Part shown: positions 49,232-58,162 of the stretch, piece after piece
Position numbering within the stretch: the stretch's first letter is position 1
Layout of the letters: each line of letters opens with the position of its first letter
Assembly: GCA_963845535.1 (NCBI GenBank)
Contig: CAWJSK010000019.1
Span: forward strand, 352,001 to 416,000
Direction of reading: 5' to 3'
DNA: 64,000 nucleotides
DNA from: an uncultured Spirochaetota bacterium
Lineage (GTDB): Bacteria > Spirochaetota > Spirochaetia > SZUA-6 > Fen-1364
Program-made: the position numbers and the translations under genes
The notes under the pieces: generated by a model
The model's database searches: none
Seen by the model: the letters and a program-made list of their open reading frames with translations, nothing else
Told to the model about the DNA's origin: nothing

Positions 49232-50196
49232 CACTCCACGGTCCCGATGACCGGCAGCTGAAAGCCTTCCCGCCGCGCAATGTCCTGGAGCTCTCCCCGG
49301 TGCTGGTCATGCGTGACGAGCGCGACGCCAATGCCGAGGTTGAAGACCGTGCGCATCTCCTCTTCGGGGACGTCCGCGCCGCGGAGCCTTTCGAAAATGG
49401 GGGGCTCTTCCCAGTCGAAAAAGAAATGCGGCGCAAGACCATCCGGAATGACGCGCGAGAGGTTCCCGGCAAGGCCGCCCCCCGTGATGTGCGCGGCCGC
49501 AAGCACCCTGCGGGTGGCCGTGAGAACGGCCATTTCCCTGGCATAGATGCGCGTCGGCACGAGGAGAAGCTCCCATCCCTCGCGGTCCGCTTCCGGGATG
49601 ACCTTGCGGGCAAGGGAGAGACCGTTGGAATGGATGCCGGAGGAGGGGAGTCCCAGGATGGCGTCCCCGCGACGAATCTCCTCCTTGCGGGGGAGCACGT
49701 CGTCCTTTTCCGCTATTCCCACGGCAAACCCCGCCAGATCGAAATCATCCGGGCCATAAGCGTCGGGCATCTCGGCAGTCTCACCGCCGCCGAGCCGGCA
49801 CTCCGCAAGCTCGCACCCGCGCACGACCCCGCGGATCAGAGCGTGCATGCGCTCCTCGTGGATCCTGCCGCAGGCGATGTAGTCCAGGAACACCATGGGC
49901 TTTGCCCCGCACACAAGAAGGTCGTTCACGTTCATGGCCACGAGGTCGATCCCGATCGTATCGTAGATCCCCAGCTTTTTCGCCACCAGGAGCTTTGTTC
50001 CAGTCCCGTCCGTTGTGGTCATAAGAACGGGTGAGTGGAACCCTTCCAGGGGGAGCGCGGATGAGAAGCCGCCGATCCCCTTGTCCACGGCAGCGGAGGG
50101 GATGCGTTTGATGAACTCGACGAACCTGTCACCTCGGTCAATGTCGACGCCGGCGTCGCGGTAGGCGTGCATGGGGGGATCTCCTGTTCCTGTCAT
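49231..50196 (-). CDS. purM: AIR synthetase
   Basis: YRDAGVDID, DGTGTK, GIDLVAMNVND, GGETAEMP, SSGIHSNG, HITGGG; start 50196 (ATGA overlap) or 50172. Confidence 0.96.
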   Translation of the reverse strand: MTGTGDPPMHAYRDAGVDIDRGDRFVEFIKRIPSAAVDKGIGGFSSALPLEGFHSPVLMTTTDGTGTKLLVAKKLGIYDTIGIDLVAMNVNDLLVCGAKPMVFLDYIACGRIHEERMHALIRGVVRGCELAECRLGGGETAEMPDAYGPDDFDLAGFAVGIAEKDDVLPRKEEIRRGDAILGLPSSGIHSNGLSLARKVIPEADREGWELLLVPTRIYAREMAVLTATRRVLAAAHITGGGLAGNLSRVIPDGLAPHFFFDWEEPPIFERLRGADVPEEEMRTVFNLGIGVALVTHDQHRGELQDIARREGFQLPVIGTVE

Positions 50197-51591
50197 TTTC
50201 TGTGCACCGGTGCGTCTCCCACCGCGAGGGGGTAGATGCCGCTGAAACACGCATTGCAAAAATCTCGTCGGATTGGGAACGCACTCCCGGAGGGCTTCGA
50301 GCGGGAGATACCTGACAGTGTCCGCGCCGAGCTCGCGGACAATTCCGTCCAAGTCCAGGCGATTGGCAATCAGCTCGTCATGCGTGGGAATGTCGATGCC
50401 GAAGAAGCAGGGATGACGGATGGGGGGCGACGAGAGGCGCAGATGCACCTCCCGGGCGCCGCCGTCCCTGAGGAGCTTCACGATCTGCCGCGACGTGGTG
50501 CCCCGCACGAGAGAGTCATCCACCACAACGATACGCTTGCCCTGAATGGCCTCCCGCACCGGGTGCAGCTTCATGCGGACTCCGAACTCCCTGCTTGCCG
50601 CCGTGGGCTGGATGAAGGTCCTGCCGGAATAATGGTTTCGCGTAAGGCCTTGTTCGAGGGGGATGCCGGACGCGGTCGAATACCCCAGGGCGGCGCTGTT
50701 GCCGGAGTCAGGGACCGCTATCACGATGTCAGCCTTCACCGTGTCCCCGCGGGCCAGCATCTCCCCCATGCGCTTTCGCACCATGTGAACGGAATAGCTG
50801 AAGACCTCGGAATCCGGTCGAGCAAAGTAGATCAGCTCGAAGATGCAGTGCGCCCGGCGTGGAGCCGGGGCATGCAGAAGCATTTCCGAGTGGACCTTCG
50901 TGCCTTCCACGGTCACAATTTCCCCGGGGGCAACCTCACGGATGTCCTCAACCTGGAACATCTCCAGCGCGCAGGTCTCCGATGCGAAAAGCACCTGGCC
51001 CTCCCGTGTTCCCATCACGAGCGGCCGAAATCCGTACGGGTCCCGCACGGCAACGAGCGTGTCTTCGTGCATCATGAGGAAGCAGTATGCCCCCTCGATC
51101 TGTCCGAGGCACTCCAGGAGCGCCTCATGGAAGGTGGGCCGGGCCGAGCGGGCAATCATGTGCAGCAGAAGCTCGGTGTCCGTGGTGCTTTGGAATATCG
51201 AGCCTTCGGCGATCAGCCGCTGCGTCAGCTCGTCTGAGTTGGAGATGTTGCCGTTGTGCGCGAGCGCGATCTCCCCTTTGCTGCAGGAGACAACGATGGG
51301 CTGCGCATTCTCCAGCTTGTCCGTTCCATGAGTGGAGTAGCGCACGTGGCCAATACCCACGCGCGAGGGGTGGCTCTCCGTCAGGTAGTGTGAGAGCGCC
51401 TGGGACACCATCCCAACGTCGCGGTATGAGACGATTTTCCCATTTCGATGATACGCCAGGCCGGCGCTCTCCTGCCCCCTGTGCTGGAGGGAGAAAAGGC
51501 CGTAGAAAAGCTGCTCGGGCAGGTTGAACTCATCCCGGGAGGAAATTCCCACAACGCCGCAGTGGTGGCGGAGTGAATCACCGTCTTCCAC
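50193..51591 (-). CDS. purF: Amidophosphoribosyltransferase, 1-nt indel near 50265
   Basis: HHCGVVG, LQHRGQESAG, GHVRYST, AHNG, VDDSLVRGTT; expected C-terminus DFCNACFSGIYP...HRK* is in the shifted frame (stop 50193-50195). Confidence 0.96.
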
Positions 51592-51683
51592 CCGGACATG
51601 AGATCAGAAGGGGTCCCCTGAGTCAACAGGCGTCCGGCTGCGTGGCGTACGGGGCTGCGGCGCCACGGCAAGCTTGTGCTTCG

Positions 51684-51713
51684 TTGACCGCGTTCAGCCC
51701 GCGGTGATAGGCT
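51684..51713 (+). promoter_or_regulatory. Sigma70-type promoter of rarA, probably leaderless
   Basis: TTGACC-18-TAGGCT with TG extension, 7 nt before ATG 51721, no SD. Confidence 0.65.
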
Positions 51714-51720
51714 TGCGCCG

Positions 51721-53127
51721 ATGAGCTCTCATGCTCCTGCACCTTCCCGGGAACCGCTGGCAGAGCGCATGCGCCCGCGCACTCTGGAAGAATACGTGGG
51801 ACAGTCCCACATCCTCGGCCCGGACAAGCCCCTGCGCCTTCTTCTGGACTCTGGGCACCTGCCGTCCCTCATCTTCTGGGGCCCGCCGGGATGCGGAAAG
51901 AGCTCGCTCGCGCGGATCATTTCGCAGCGCCTCGGCTATTCGTTCCACTTCTTCTCCGCGGTTGTGTCGGGCATACGGGAGCTGAAGGACCTCTTTGCAA
52001 GGCTGGAAACTGAGACTACGGAGAAGAACCTCGTTTTCATCGATGAGATCCACCGGTTCAACAAGGCGCAGCAGGACGCCTTTCTTCCGTACGTGGAAAA
52101 AGGGGTGATCACGCTCATCGGCACCACGACCTTGAACCCCTCTTTCTCCATCGTCTCCCCGCTCCTGTCACGATCCCGGGTGTTCATCCTGAACACACTT
52201 GACGAGGCCGAAATACGGGAAGTCATGGAAAGGGCTCTTGCCGACACGGAGCGTGGATACGGGGCGTTGAAGACAACCACGGAGCCGGAGGTTATGGAGA
52301 TCATTGCGCGCTATTCCCAAGGGGATTGCCGCGCGGCACTCAACGCCTTGGAGATGCTGGTCGAGTCCGAGCGAGCTTCCCGAGGAGCCGACGGCGAGAT
52401 CGCTCTCACGCGCGCCCGGCTGGAAGCGGTCTTCGAAGGAAAGCTCCCGGAGTACGACCGTGATGGGGAAGGTCACTTCAACCTCATCTCGGCCCTGCAC
52501 AAGAGCATCAGGGGCTCGGATCCCGACGCGTCCCTGTATTGGCTGGCCCGCATGCTCGAGGGAGGGGAGGATCCGCTGTACATTGCCCGCAGGCTGCTGA
52601 GGGTTGCCTCGGAGGACGTCGGGCTGGCTGATCCCCAAGCCATCGTGATGGCAAACGCGGCGCAGGAAGCCGTGCATTTTCTTGGCATGCCGGAAGGTGA
52701 CCTTGCGTTGGCCCAGACCGTGGTCTACCTGGCAACGGCCCCCAAGAGCAATGAGATCTATGCCGCCTACACCAAGGCACGAGAGGATGCTCACGAGCAT
52801 GGGGCGGACCCGGTGCCCCTGTACCTCAGGAACCCGGTCACCTCTCTCATGAAGAAGGCGGGCTATGGGAGCGGATACATGTACCCGCACGATTATGAAG
52901 ACCGCGTGGTGAAACAGGACTACTTTCCGTCAACAATGAAAGGCCGCAAGTACTACACTCCGTCGGAGTTCGGGTTCGAGAAGACAATCGGCAAGCGGAT
53001 CATGTGGTGGGAGGAGAAGCGCCGCGGCGGCGGCTCAGGTCGGTCTGGGGGCGCGGACAAATCCGGCGGCCCGTCGGGCGGACCCGCTGGCGGGCCCCCT
53101 GGCGGGCCAGCCGGCAGCCCCCCGTAA
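51721..53127 (+). CDS. rarA: Replication-associated recombination protein A (MgsA/RarA)
   Basis: PLAERMRP, WGPPGCGKS, IDEIHRFNKAQQD, ISALHKSIRGSD, SEDVGLAD, APKSN. Confidence 0.97.
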   Translation: MSSHAPAPSREPLAERMRPRTLEEYVGQSHILGPDKPLRLLLDSGHLPSLIFWGPPGCGKSSLARIISQRLGYSFHFFSAVVSGIRELKDLFARLETETTEKNLVFIDEIHRFNKAQQDAFLPYVEKGVITLIGTTTLNPSFSIVSPLLSRSRVFILNTLDEAEIREVMERALADTERGYGALKTTTEPEVMEIIARYSQGDCRAALNALEMLVESERASRGADGEIALTRARLEAVFEGKLPEYDRDGEGHFNLISALHKSIRGSDPDASLYWLARMLEGGEDPLYIARRLLRVASEDVGLADPQAIVMANAAQEAVHFLGMPEGDLALAQTVVYLATAPKSNEIYAAYTKAREDAHEHGADPVPLYLRNPVTSLMKKAGYGSGYMYPHDYEDRVVKQDYFPSTMKGRKYYTPSEFGFEKTIGKRIMWWEEKRRGGGSGRSGGADKSGGPSGGPAGGPPGGPAGSPP

Positions 53128-53130
53128 AGA

Positions 53131-54123
53131 TCAAGCTCTCAGGTAGCTTTCGACGATCTCCTCGTATTCAGCGATGGTCTCAGCGTTCACCACGCTCTGG
53201 CGGATCACAGCGCCGCCCTCCATCCCCTTCGTGTACGCCACGAAGTGCTTTCTCATGTCCCGACACGCTTTCTCTTCGCCAACCGAGTCGCTGAGCATCT
53301 TCAGGTGGTCCATCGCGGCAAAAAGGCGCTGACGGGCGTCGATTGTCACGGGCCCGCCCTGGGCTTTCAGGAGCGCCTCGGTCTGCTCGAAGATGAAGGG
53401 GTTGCCCAGGCTGCCCCGCGCAATCATCACGCCGTCACAGCGCGTCTTTTCCAGCATGGACTTGCAATCCTGGGGGGCGAACAAGTCGCCTGATCCGAAC
53501 ACCGGCACCGTGATCTTTTCCTTCAGGATCCTGATGTGATCCATCCGGACCTTCCCGCCAAAACTCTGGGCTCTGGTGCGCGCGTGGAGCGTCACCATGG
53601 ATGCGCCGGCCCGGACCGCCTCCTCGGCGCACGCCACATAGTTGATGGTCCCCTCGTCCCAGCCCAGGCGCAGCTTGACGGTCACCGGAATGTCGGTCTC
53701 CGAACGCATGGCAGCGACGATGGCGCCAACAAGAGCGGGATTGCGAAGCAGGGCCGCCCCGCACCCTGTCTTCAGGACCTTGGGCACGGAGCAACCGCAG
53801 TTCAGGTCTATGAGGGCAGGGGCCATGGGGGCAATACGCCGTACAGCGGCGGCGGCGGTGTCCGCGTCCGAGGCGAAGATCTGGAAGCCGGTCAGCACCT
53901 CGTTCGACGCCCTGGCGAGAAGGCGAAGCGTGGTGCCATTGTTCCGTGAAAGGGCGTCCGCGGACACCATTTCCGTGAAGCACAGCGGCGCGCCGGAGCG
54001 GACGCACACAGACCGGAAGGCGGCGTCAGTGTAGCCCGCCATCGGGGCAAGCCAGACGTTCCCGGGGACCTCAAGGGTGCCGACGCGGACCGGATGAAAG
54101 AGGCAATCAGTCCTGGAGTCCAA
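53131..54123 (-). CDS. dusB: tRNA-dihydrouridine synthase (DusB-like)
   Basis: LAPMAGYTD, TEMVS, IDLNCGC, VTVKLRLGW, DGVMIARG; start inferred at TTG 54123. Confidence 0.92.
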   Translation of the reverse strand: MDSRTDCLFHPVRVGTLEVPGNVWLAPMAGYTDAAFRSVCVRSGAPLCFTEMVSADALSRNNGTTLRLLARASNEVLTGFQIFASDADTAAAAVRRIAPMAPALIDLNCGCSVPKVLKTGCGAALLRNPALVGAIVAAMRSETDIPVTVKLRLGWDEGTINYVACAEEAVRAGASMVTLHARTRAQSFGGKVRMDHIRILKEKITVPVFGSGDLFAPQDCKSMLEKTRCDGVMIARGSLGNPFIFEQTEALLKAQGGPVTIDARQRLFAAMDHLKMLSDSVGEEKACRDMRKHFVAYTKGMEGGAVIRQSVVNAETIAEYEEIVESYLRA

Positions 54124-54880
54124 AGAATGTAAGGCTGTTGGCGTACAGAGCTTCCGTGATTTCCTCCACGGCCGCCTCGCGCAGCTGCGCAATGAAGGCC
54201 GCGGTCTCATTGATGTACGAGGGCTTGTTCCTCTTTCCCCGGTAGACCGCGGGAACCATGAACGGGGCCTCGCTCTCGATGAGCATCCGGTCCAGGGGGA
54301 TCTTCTTGGCCGTATCCTGGAGGTTGCGGGCGTTGCGATACGTCACATTGCCGGCAAATGATATCCAAAGGTTGAGCTCCAGGGCTTTCTTTGCGTATTC
54401 GTAGTCCTCCGAATAACAGTGGAGGATGCCGCCCCTTTTGGGGAGCCTTTCGCGGAGGATCTCCAGCACGTCCGACCCCGCGTCCCGGTTGTGGATGATC
54501 ACCGGAAGGGACAGCTTTTCCGCCAGCTCCAACTGGCGGATGAACAACTCCACCTGCGAGTCGCGATCTCCGAACTTGCGGTAATAGTCCAGGCCGATCT
54601 CCCCGATTGCAACCACGCGGTCCAGACGGGTGCCATCCTGGATCTTGGCTTCCCAGTCATCACCCGGCTGCACAACGGAGGAAGGCGAAATGCCGATACT
54701 GTGATAGACGTTCGTTTCGGTCTTGAGGTTCGAAAAGAGTTGAGCGAAGTCGATCAGGTTGTTGGAGACAGTCACCAGATGCTGTACGCCTTCCTGCCTT
54801 GCCTCCTGCACGACGATGAGCTGGTCGATAGGGTCTTCGGTTATGAGGCCTATGTGAGCGTGCGTGTCAAAATAGCGCAT
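54107..54880 (-). CDS. tatD: TatD-family hydrolase
   Basis: FDTHAH, AIGEIGLDY, PVIIHNRDA, GILHCYS, LIESEAPF. Confidence 0.95.
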   Translation of the reverse strand: MRYFDTHAHIGLITEDPIDQLIVVQEARQEGVQHLVTVSNNLIDFAQLFSNLKTETNVYHSIGISPSSVVQPGDDWEAKIQDGTRLDRVVAIGEIGLDYYRKFGDRDSQVELFIRQLELAEKLSLPVIIHNRDAGSDVLEILRERLPKRGGILHCYSEDYEYAKKALELNLWISFAGNVTYRNARNLQDTAKKIPLDRMLIESEAPFMVPAVYRGKRNKPSYINETAAFIAQLREAAVEEITEALYANSLTFFGLQD

Positions 54881-54939
54881 ATGTCTCCGTTGGGATGGTT
54901 GTCGAAAGAGCTTGGTTCTTCTTCTTCCGATTTTTATCT

Positions 54940-54968
54940 AGAGTACCATGCTGCTGTTGGCAAGTCAA
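54940..54968 (-). promoter_or_regulatory. Sigma70-type promoter of tatD-dus
   Basis: Minus strand TTGACT-17-TACTCT with TG extension. Confidence 0.7.
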
Positions 54969-55052
54969 ACATAATTTCGGGCATTTTGAGCGCCCGTTTT
55001 TCCGCCGTTTCGCTGTCTGTCATAATGAAGAAGCGCGCGTTCCTGGCGATGT

Positions 55053-55081
55053 TTGACAAAGAACCCTCTCTATGGTAGTAT
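55053..55081 (+). promoter_or_regulatory. Sigma70-type promoter of the M23-bactofilin operon
   Basis: TTGACA-17-TAGTAT with TG extension. Confidence 0.75.
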
Positions 55082-55159
55082 TTGCAGGATTTTCTTATAC
55101 TATCGATGGAATGAGACCTTTGTAATGGATTGATACCGTAGCGTAAGAAGGGAAAGACC

Positions 55160-56200
55160 TTGCCCGTCACCCAATACAAGAACGTCGAGAAACAGTTCGC
55201 TGGCAGGTTCGGGTCATGGATCCGGCGGATCTGGGTCTCGATGGGAAATTTCTTCAAACGCATCATGCAGAAGGGGAAGCAGCGCTTCACGGTGATGCTG
55301 ATCCCCCATTCGGAGAAGAAGATCTTCAATTTTCAGATCTCCTTCTTCACCCTCATCTTCGTGACCATCACCCTCGGCGTCGTGCTGGTCGGCTTCTTTC
55401 TGCTTGCCACCAATTTCACCTACACGAATGAGAAGATCACGAAGGTCTCCCTGGACCTTCAGAGCAACGAAACGACCATGCAGAACCTGAAGGACGAGAT
55501 CTCGGGGATCCGGAAAGCCGGCAGGAGCTTCAAGGCCAGCATGGACAACGTGATGAGCGTCATCGGCAACCAGGACTACCTAAGCTCGGTAAGCTCCGGA
55601 GGGGTTGGCGCCTCGTACCTTGCCCCTGAGGATGGCGAAGTCGGGAACCTCAAGGAACTGGCGGACCTGAAGAGCATGACAAGCCTCATGGAGAGCTCCG
55701 TCGAGCCGTTGGATGAGATCAACAAGGTCCTCAGCACGTACAAGGAGCTTCTGGCGGACACCCCCACCATGTGGCCGCTGAAGGGCGTGCGGGGGAACAT
55801 CACCACGCGCTTCGGCTGGACCATCCACCCCTTCACCCACCTGGGGTATCTCCACACCGGCGTTGACATCGCGTGGGCCCTCGGGACCCCCGTTGAGGCC
55901 ACCGCCAACGGCACCGTGGTGCAGACCGGCTACACCGAGGACGCAGGGAACTTCATCACCATCCAGCACAAGTACGGCTTCACCACCCGCTACCTCCACC
56001 TGTTGGAAATTGTGACGCGCAAGGGGACGCACGTGAACCGGGGGGACACCATCGGATACGTCGGGAGCACGGGCCTTTCCACCGGCCCGCATCTGCACTA
56101 CGAGGTTCGCCTCGGGGCGAACTACGTGGACCCCATGAACTTCCTTTCAATCACCCCGGACCTTGCCGGAATCAAGGTCAGCGGGAGGGCCACGGATTGA
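55160..56200 (+). CDS. M23-family peptidoglycan metallopeptidase, membrane-anchored
   Basis: TM plus coiled coil, HTGVDI, TRYLHL, STGPHLHYEV. Confidence 0.95.
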   Translation: MPVTQYKNVEKQFAGRFGSWIRRIWVSMGNFFKRIMQKGKQRFTVMLIPHSEKKIFNFQISFFTLIFVTITLGVVLVGFFLLATNFTYTNEKITKVSLDLQSNETTMQNLKDEISGIRKAGRSFKASMDNVMSVIGNQDYLSSVSSGGVGASYLAPEDGEVGNLKELADLKSMTSLMESSVEPLDEINKVLSTYKELLADTPTMWPLKGVRGNITTRFGWTIHPFTHLGYLHTGVDIAWALGTPVEATANGTVVQTGYTEDAGNFITIQHKYGFTTRYLHLLEIVTRKGTHVNRGDTIGYVGSTGLSTGPHLHYEVRLGANYVDPMNFLSITPDLAGIKVSGRATD

Positions 56201-56640
56201 GTGATACTCGTTTCACCGACGACGCCTTCATAAACTCCATCATCGGCGAAGGGACCCGGTTCAAGGGTGAGTTCGACCTGAACGGCCTTTTGAGGATTGA
56301 CGGAGACTTCACGGGCGTCATCCGTACCCGGGGGAAGGTGCTCGTGGGCCAGAACGGCCGCGCGGAGTGCACGCTTCACGCCGGGACGGTCGTGGTGGGA
56401 GGGGTGGTGCGCGGGGAGATCGTCTCCACGGAAAAGGTGATCATCCTGTCCACCGGCCTGGTCCTGGGCAACATCTCCACCCCGCGGCTCATCGTGGAGG
56501 AGGGGGTCATCTTCAACGGTTCGTGCAGGATTACGACGCCCGCGGGGGAATCGCCGCGCAGCGGACCCTCCAACGGGCAAAGACCGGCCGCGTCCCTTTC
56601 CCAGAAGGAAGTGGCGGCGCTGCCCGGGCAAAAACGCTGA
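56197..56640 (+). CDS. Bactofilin (polymer-forming cytoskeletal protein)
   Basis: SIIGEGTRFKGE, LRIDGDFTG, VLGNISTPRLIVEEGVIFNGSC; coupled to the M23 gene. Confidence 0.95.
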   Translation: MSDTRFTDDAFINSIIGEGTRFKGEFDLNGLLRIDGDFTGVIRTRGKVLVGQNGRAECTLHAGTVVVGGVVRGEIVSTEKVIILSTGLVLGNISTPRLIVEEGVIFNGSCRITTPAGESPRSGPSNGQRPAASLSQKEVAALPGQKR

Positions 56641-56655
56641 GCAGCCTCCCTCCCC

Positions 56656-57141
56656 ATGGCGCGCATTGATTCCCTGGGTGAAGCCTCCTCCTGGCTCATT
56701 CCTGAAAAAAAGAAGGCGGGAAAGAAAGAGAAGGCGCAGCGCAAGACCTTTTCCCAGATGGTAGAGTCAGCCGCGGAAGGGGAAAAGGCGGAGGAGGATG
56801 ACCTTGACCAACGGGATTCCCGCCAGGGGGTCCGGGAGTTGCTGGACGGGGTGTTCGCTTCCGGGGAGGCGTTGAAAAAAGTCCCGACAATGGAGACGAT
56901 CAAGGACTATCGCCAGAAAGTGAAGGATTTCCTGAAATACGTGGTGCAAAAATCCGTCCGTGTTGAGGAGACCCTGTCGGGCGCCAACATCCTGAAGCGG
57001 AAGCGGTTCACCCTTGTGCGAGTGATCGATGAAAAACTTGACGCCCTGGCGGCCTCGGTGCTGGCCGCGCAGAAAGAGCAGATTTCGATCCTGGCGCAGA
57101 TAGACCAGATCAACGGGATGCTCGTTGACCTCGTCTCCTGA
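56656..57141 (+). CDS. YaaR / DUF327 family protein
   Basis: GEALKKVPT....YRQKVKDFLKYVV, VIDEKLDALA, IDQINGMLVDL. Confidence 0.85.
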   Translation: MARIDSLGEASSWLIPEKKKAGKKEKAQRKTFSQMVESAAEGEKAEEDDLDQRDSRQGVRELLDGVFASGEALKKVPTMETIKDYRQKVKDFLKYVVQKSVRVEETLSGANILKRKRFTLVRVIDEKLDALAASVLAAQKEQISILAQIDQINGMLVDLVS

Positions 57142-57181
57142 AAAAGAACCGCCAGCGCCATGGGTCCAAGGAGCGAATCGC

Positions 57182-58126
57182 ATGAGCGATCATGATGACA
57201 TCATCACCGAAGATTCCTTTCCGGAGGACGTCGCGGAAGGTTCCTCTCCCGCTTCAGCCCCGGTGGTGCTCGAGGGGAAGACCGTCTGGCGCGTGAAGGT
57301 CCTGTATTCCAAAGCCACGGAGTTCTGCGAGTCCCCGGCGGAGCTCGAGGTGAAGATCGGTGACATGGTGGTGGTGCCCACCCGCTACGGCAATGAGCTT
57401 GGACGGGTCTTGGGCAGGGAAACGGACCCCGCGGAAGTCACGGGAGAGCTTCGCTCCATCCTTCGGGTGGCAAGCCCCGCTGACCTCGTTCGGGTGGAGG
57501 AGAACGACACCCGGGAGGACAGGGCGTTCGAGGTCTGCCGGGACAAGATCGAGGCGCGCGGCCTTTCCATGAAGCTCGTGAGCGCCCACTATATCCTCGA
57601 CGAGCAGAAGATCCTGTTCTTCTTCACCGCTGAGAACCGCGTGGATTTCCGCGAGCTGGTCAAGGACCTCGTGGGCATCTTCAAGATGCGCATCGAGCTG
57701 CGGCAGATCGGCGTGCGCGACGAAGCGCGCGTGGTGGGCGGCCTGGGGATCTGCGGGAGGGCCCTGTGCTGCAACGCCGTGACGGACAGGCTCAGGCCGG
57801 TGTCCATCAAGATGGCGAAGGAGCAGAACCTCACGCTGAACTCCATGAAGATTTCCGGGCCCTGCGGCCGGCTTCTCTGCTGCCTGTCCTACGAGTTCGA
57901 CGTCTACAAGGAGGCGCGCCTGACCTTGCCGGGGATGGGCACGCGCGTGCATTACGACGGAGAAGAGTTCAAGGTCACGGACATGAACGTTCTGGCCCGG
58001 CGGCTGCGCTTCCAGGGAGAGAGCGGGCGCGTGCTCGACGTCGGGTTCGACTCACTCTCACGCAACCCGCAGACCCAGGCCTGGGAGCTTCACATCAGGA
58101 CCGGCGGCGAGCAGCCTCAGCAATAG
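57182..58126 (+). CDS. PSP1-domain protein (YaaT/RicT family)
   Basis: RVDFRELVKDL, RIELRQIGVRDEA, CGRALCC, KISGPCGRLLCCLSYE. Confidence 0.93.
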   Translation: MSDHDDIITEDSFPEDVAEGSSPASAPVVLEGKTVWRVKVLYSKATEFCESPAELEVKIGDMVVVPTRYGNELGRVLGRETDPAEVTGELRSILRVASPADLVRVEENDTREDRAFEVCRDKIEARGLSMKLVSAHYILDEQKILFFFTAENRVDFRELVKDLVGIFKMRIELRQIGVRDEARVVGGLGICGRALCCNAVTDRLRPVSIKMAKEQNLTLNSMKISGPCGRLLCCLSYEFDVYKEARLTLPGMGTRVHYDGEEFKVTDMNVLARRLRFQGESGRVLDVGFDSLSRNPQTQAWELHIRTGGEQPQQ

Positions 58127-58162
58127 ACCGACGCCGTCCTGACCCCTCAACCCTCCTGACCC

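Noticed and set aside
49231..51591. 786-aa PurF-PurM fusion in the ORF track
   Set aside because: The conserved PurF ending (FCNACFSGIYP) lies in the shifted frame and stops in an ATGA overlap with purM; one indel near 50265 explains the fusion.
51600..51680. ZTP or purine riboswitch upstream of purF
   Set aside because: Only a partial GCCGGACGCCTG resemblance; the 5' consensus is missing and the segment lies upstream of the likely promoter. An Rfam scan would settle it.
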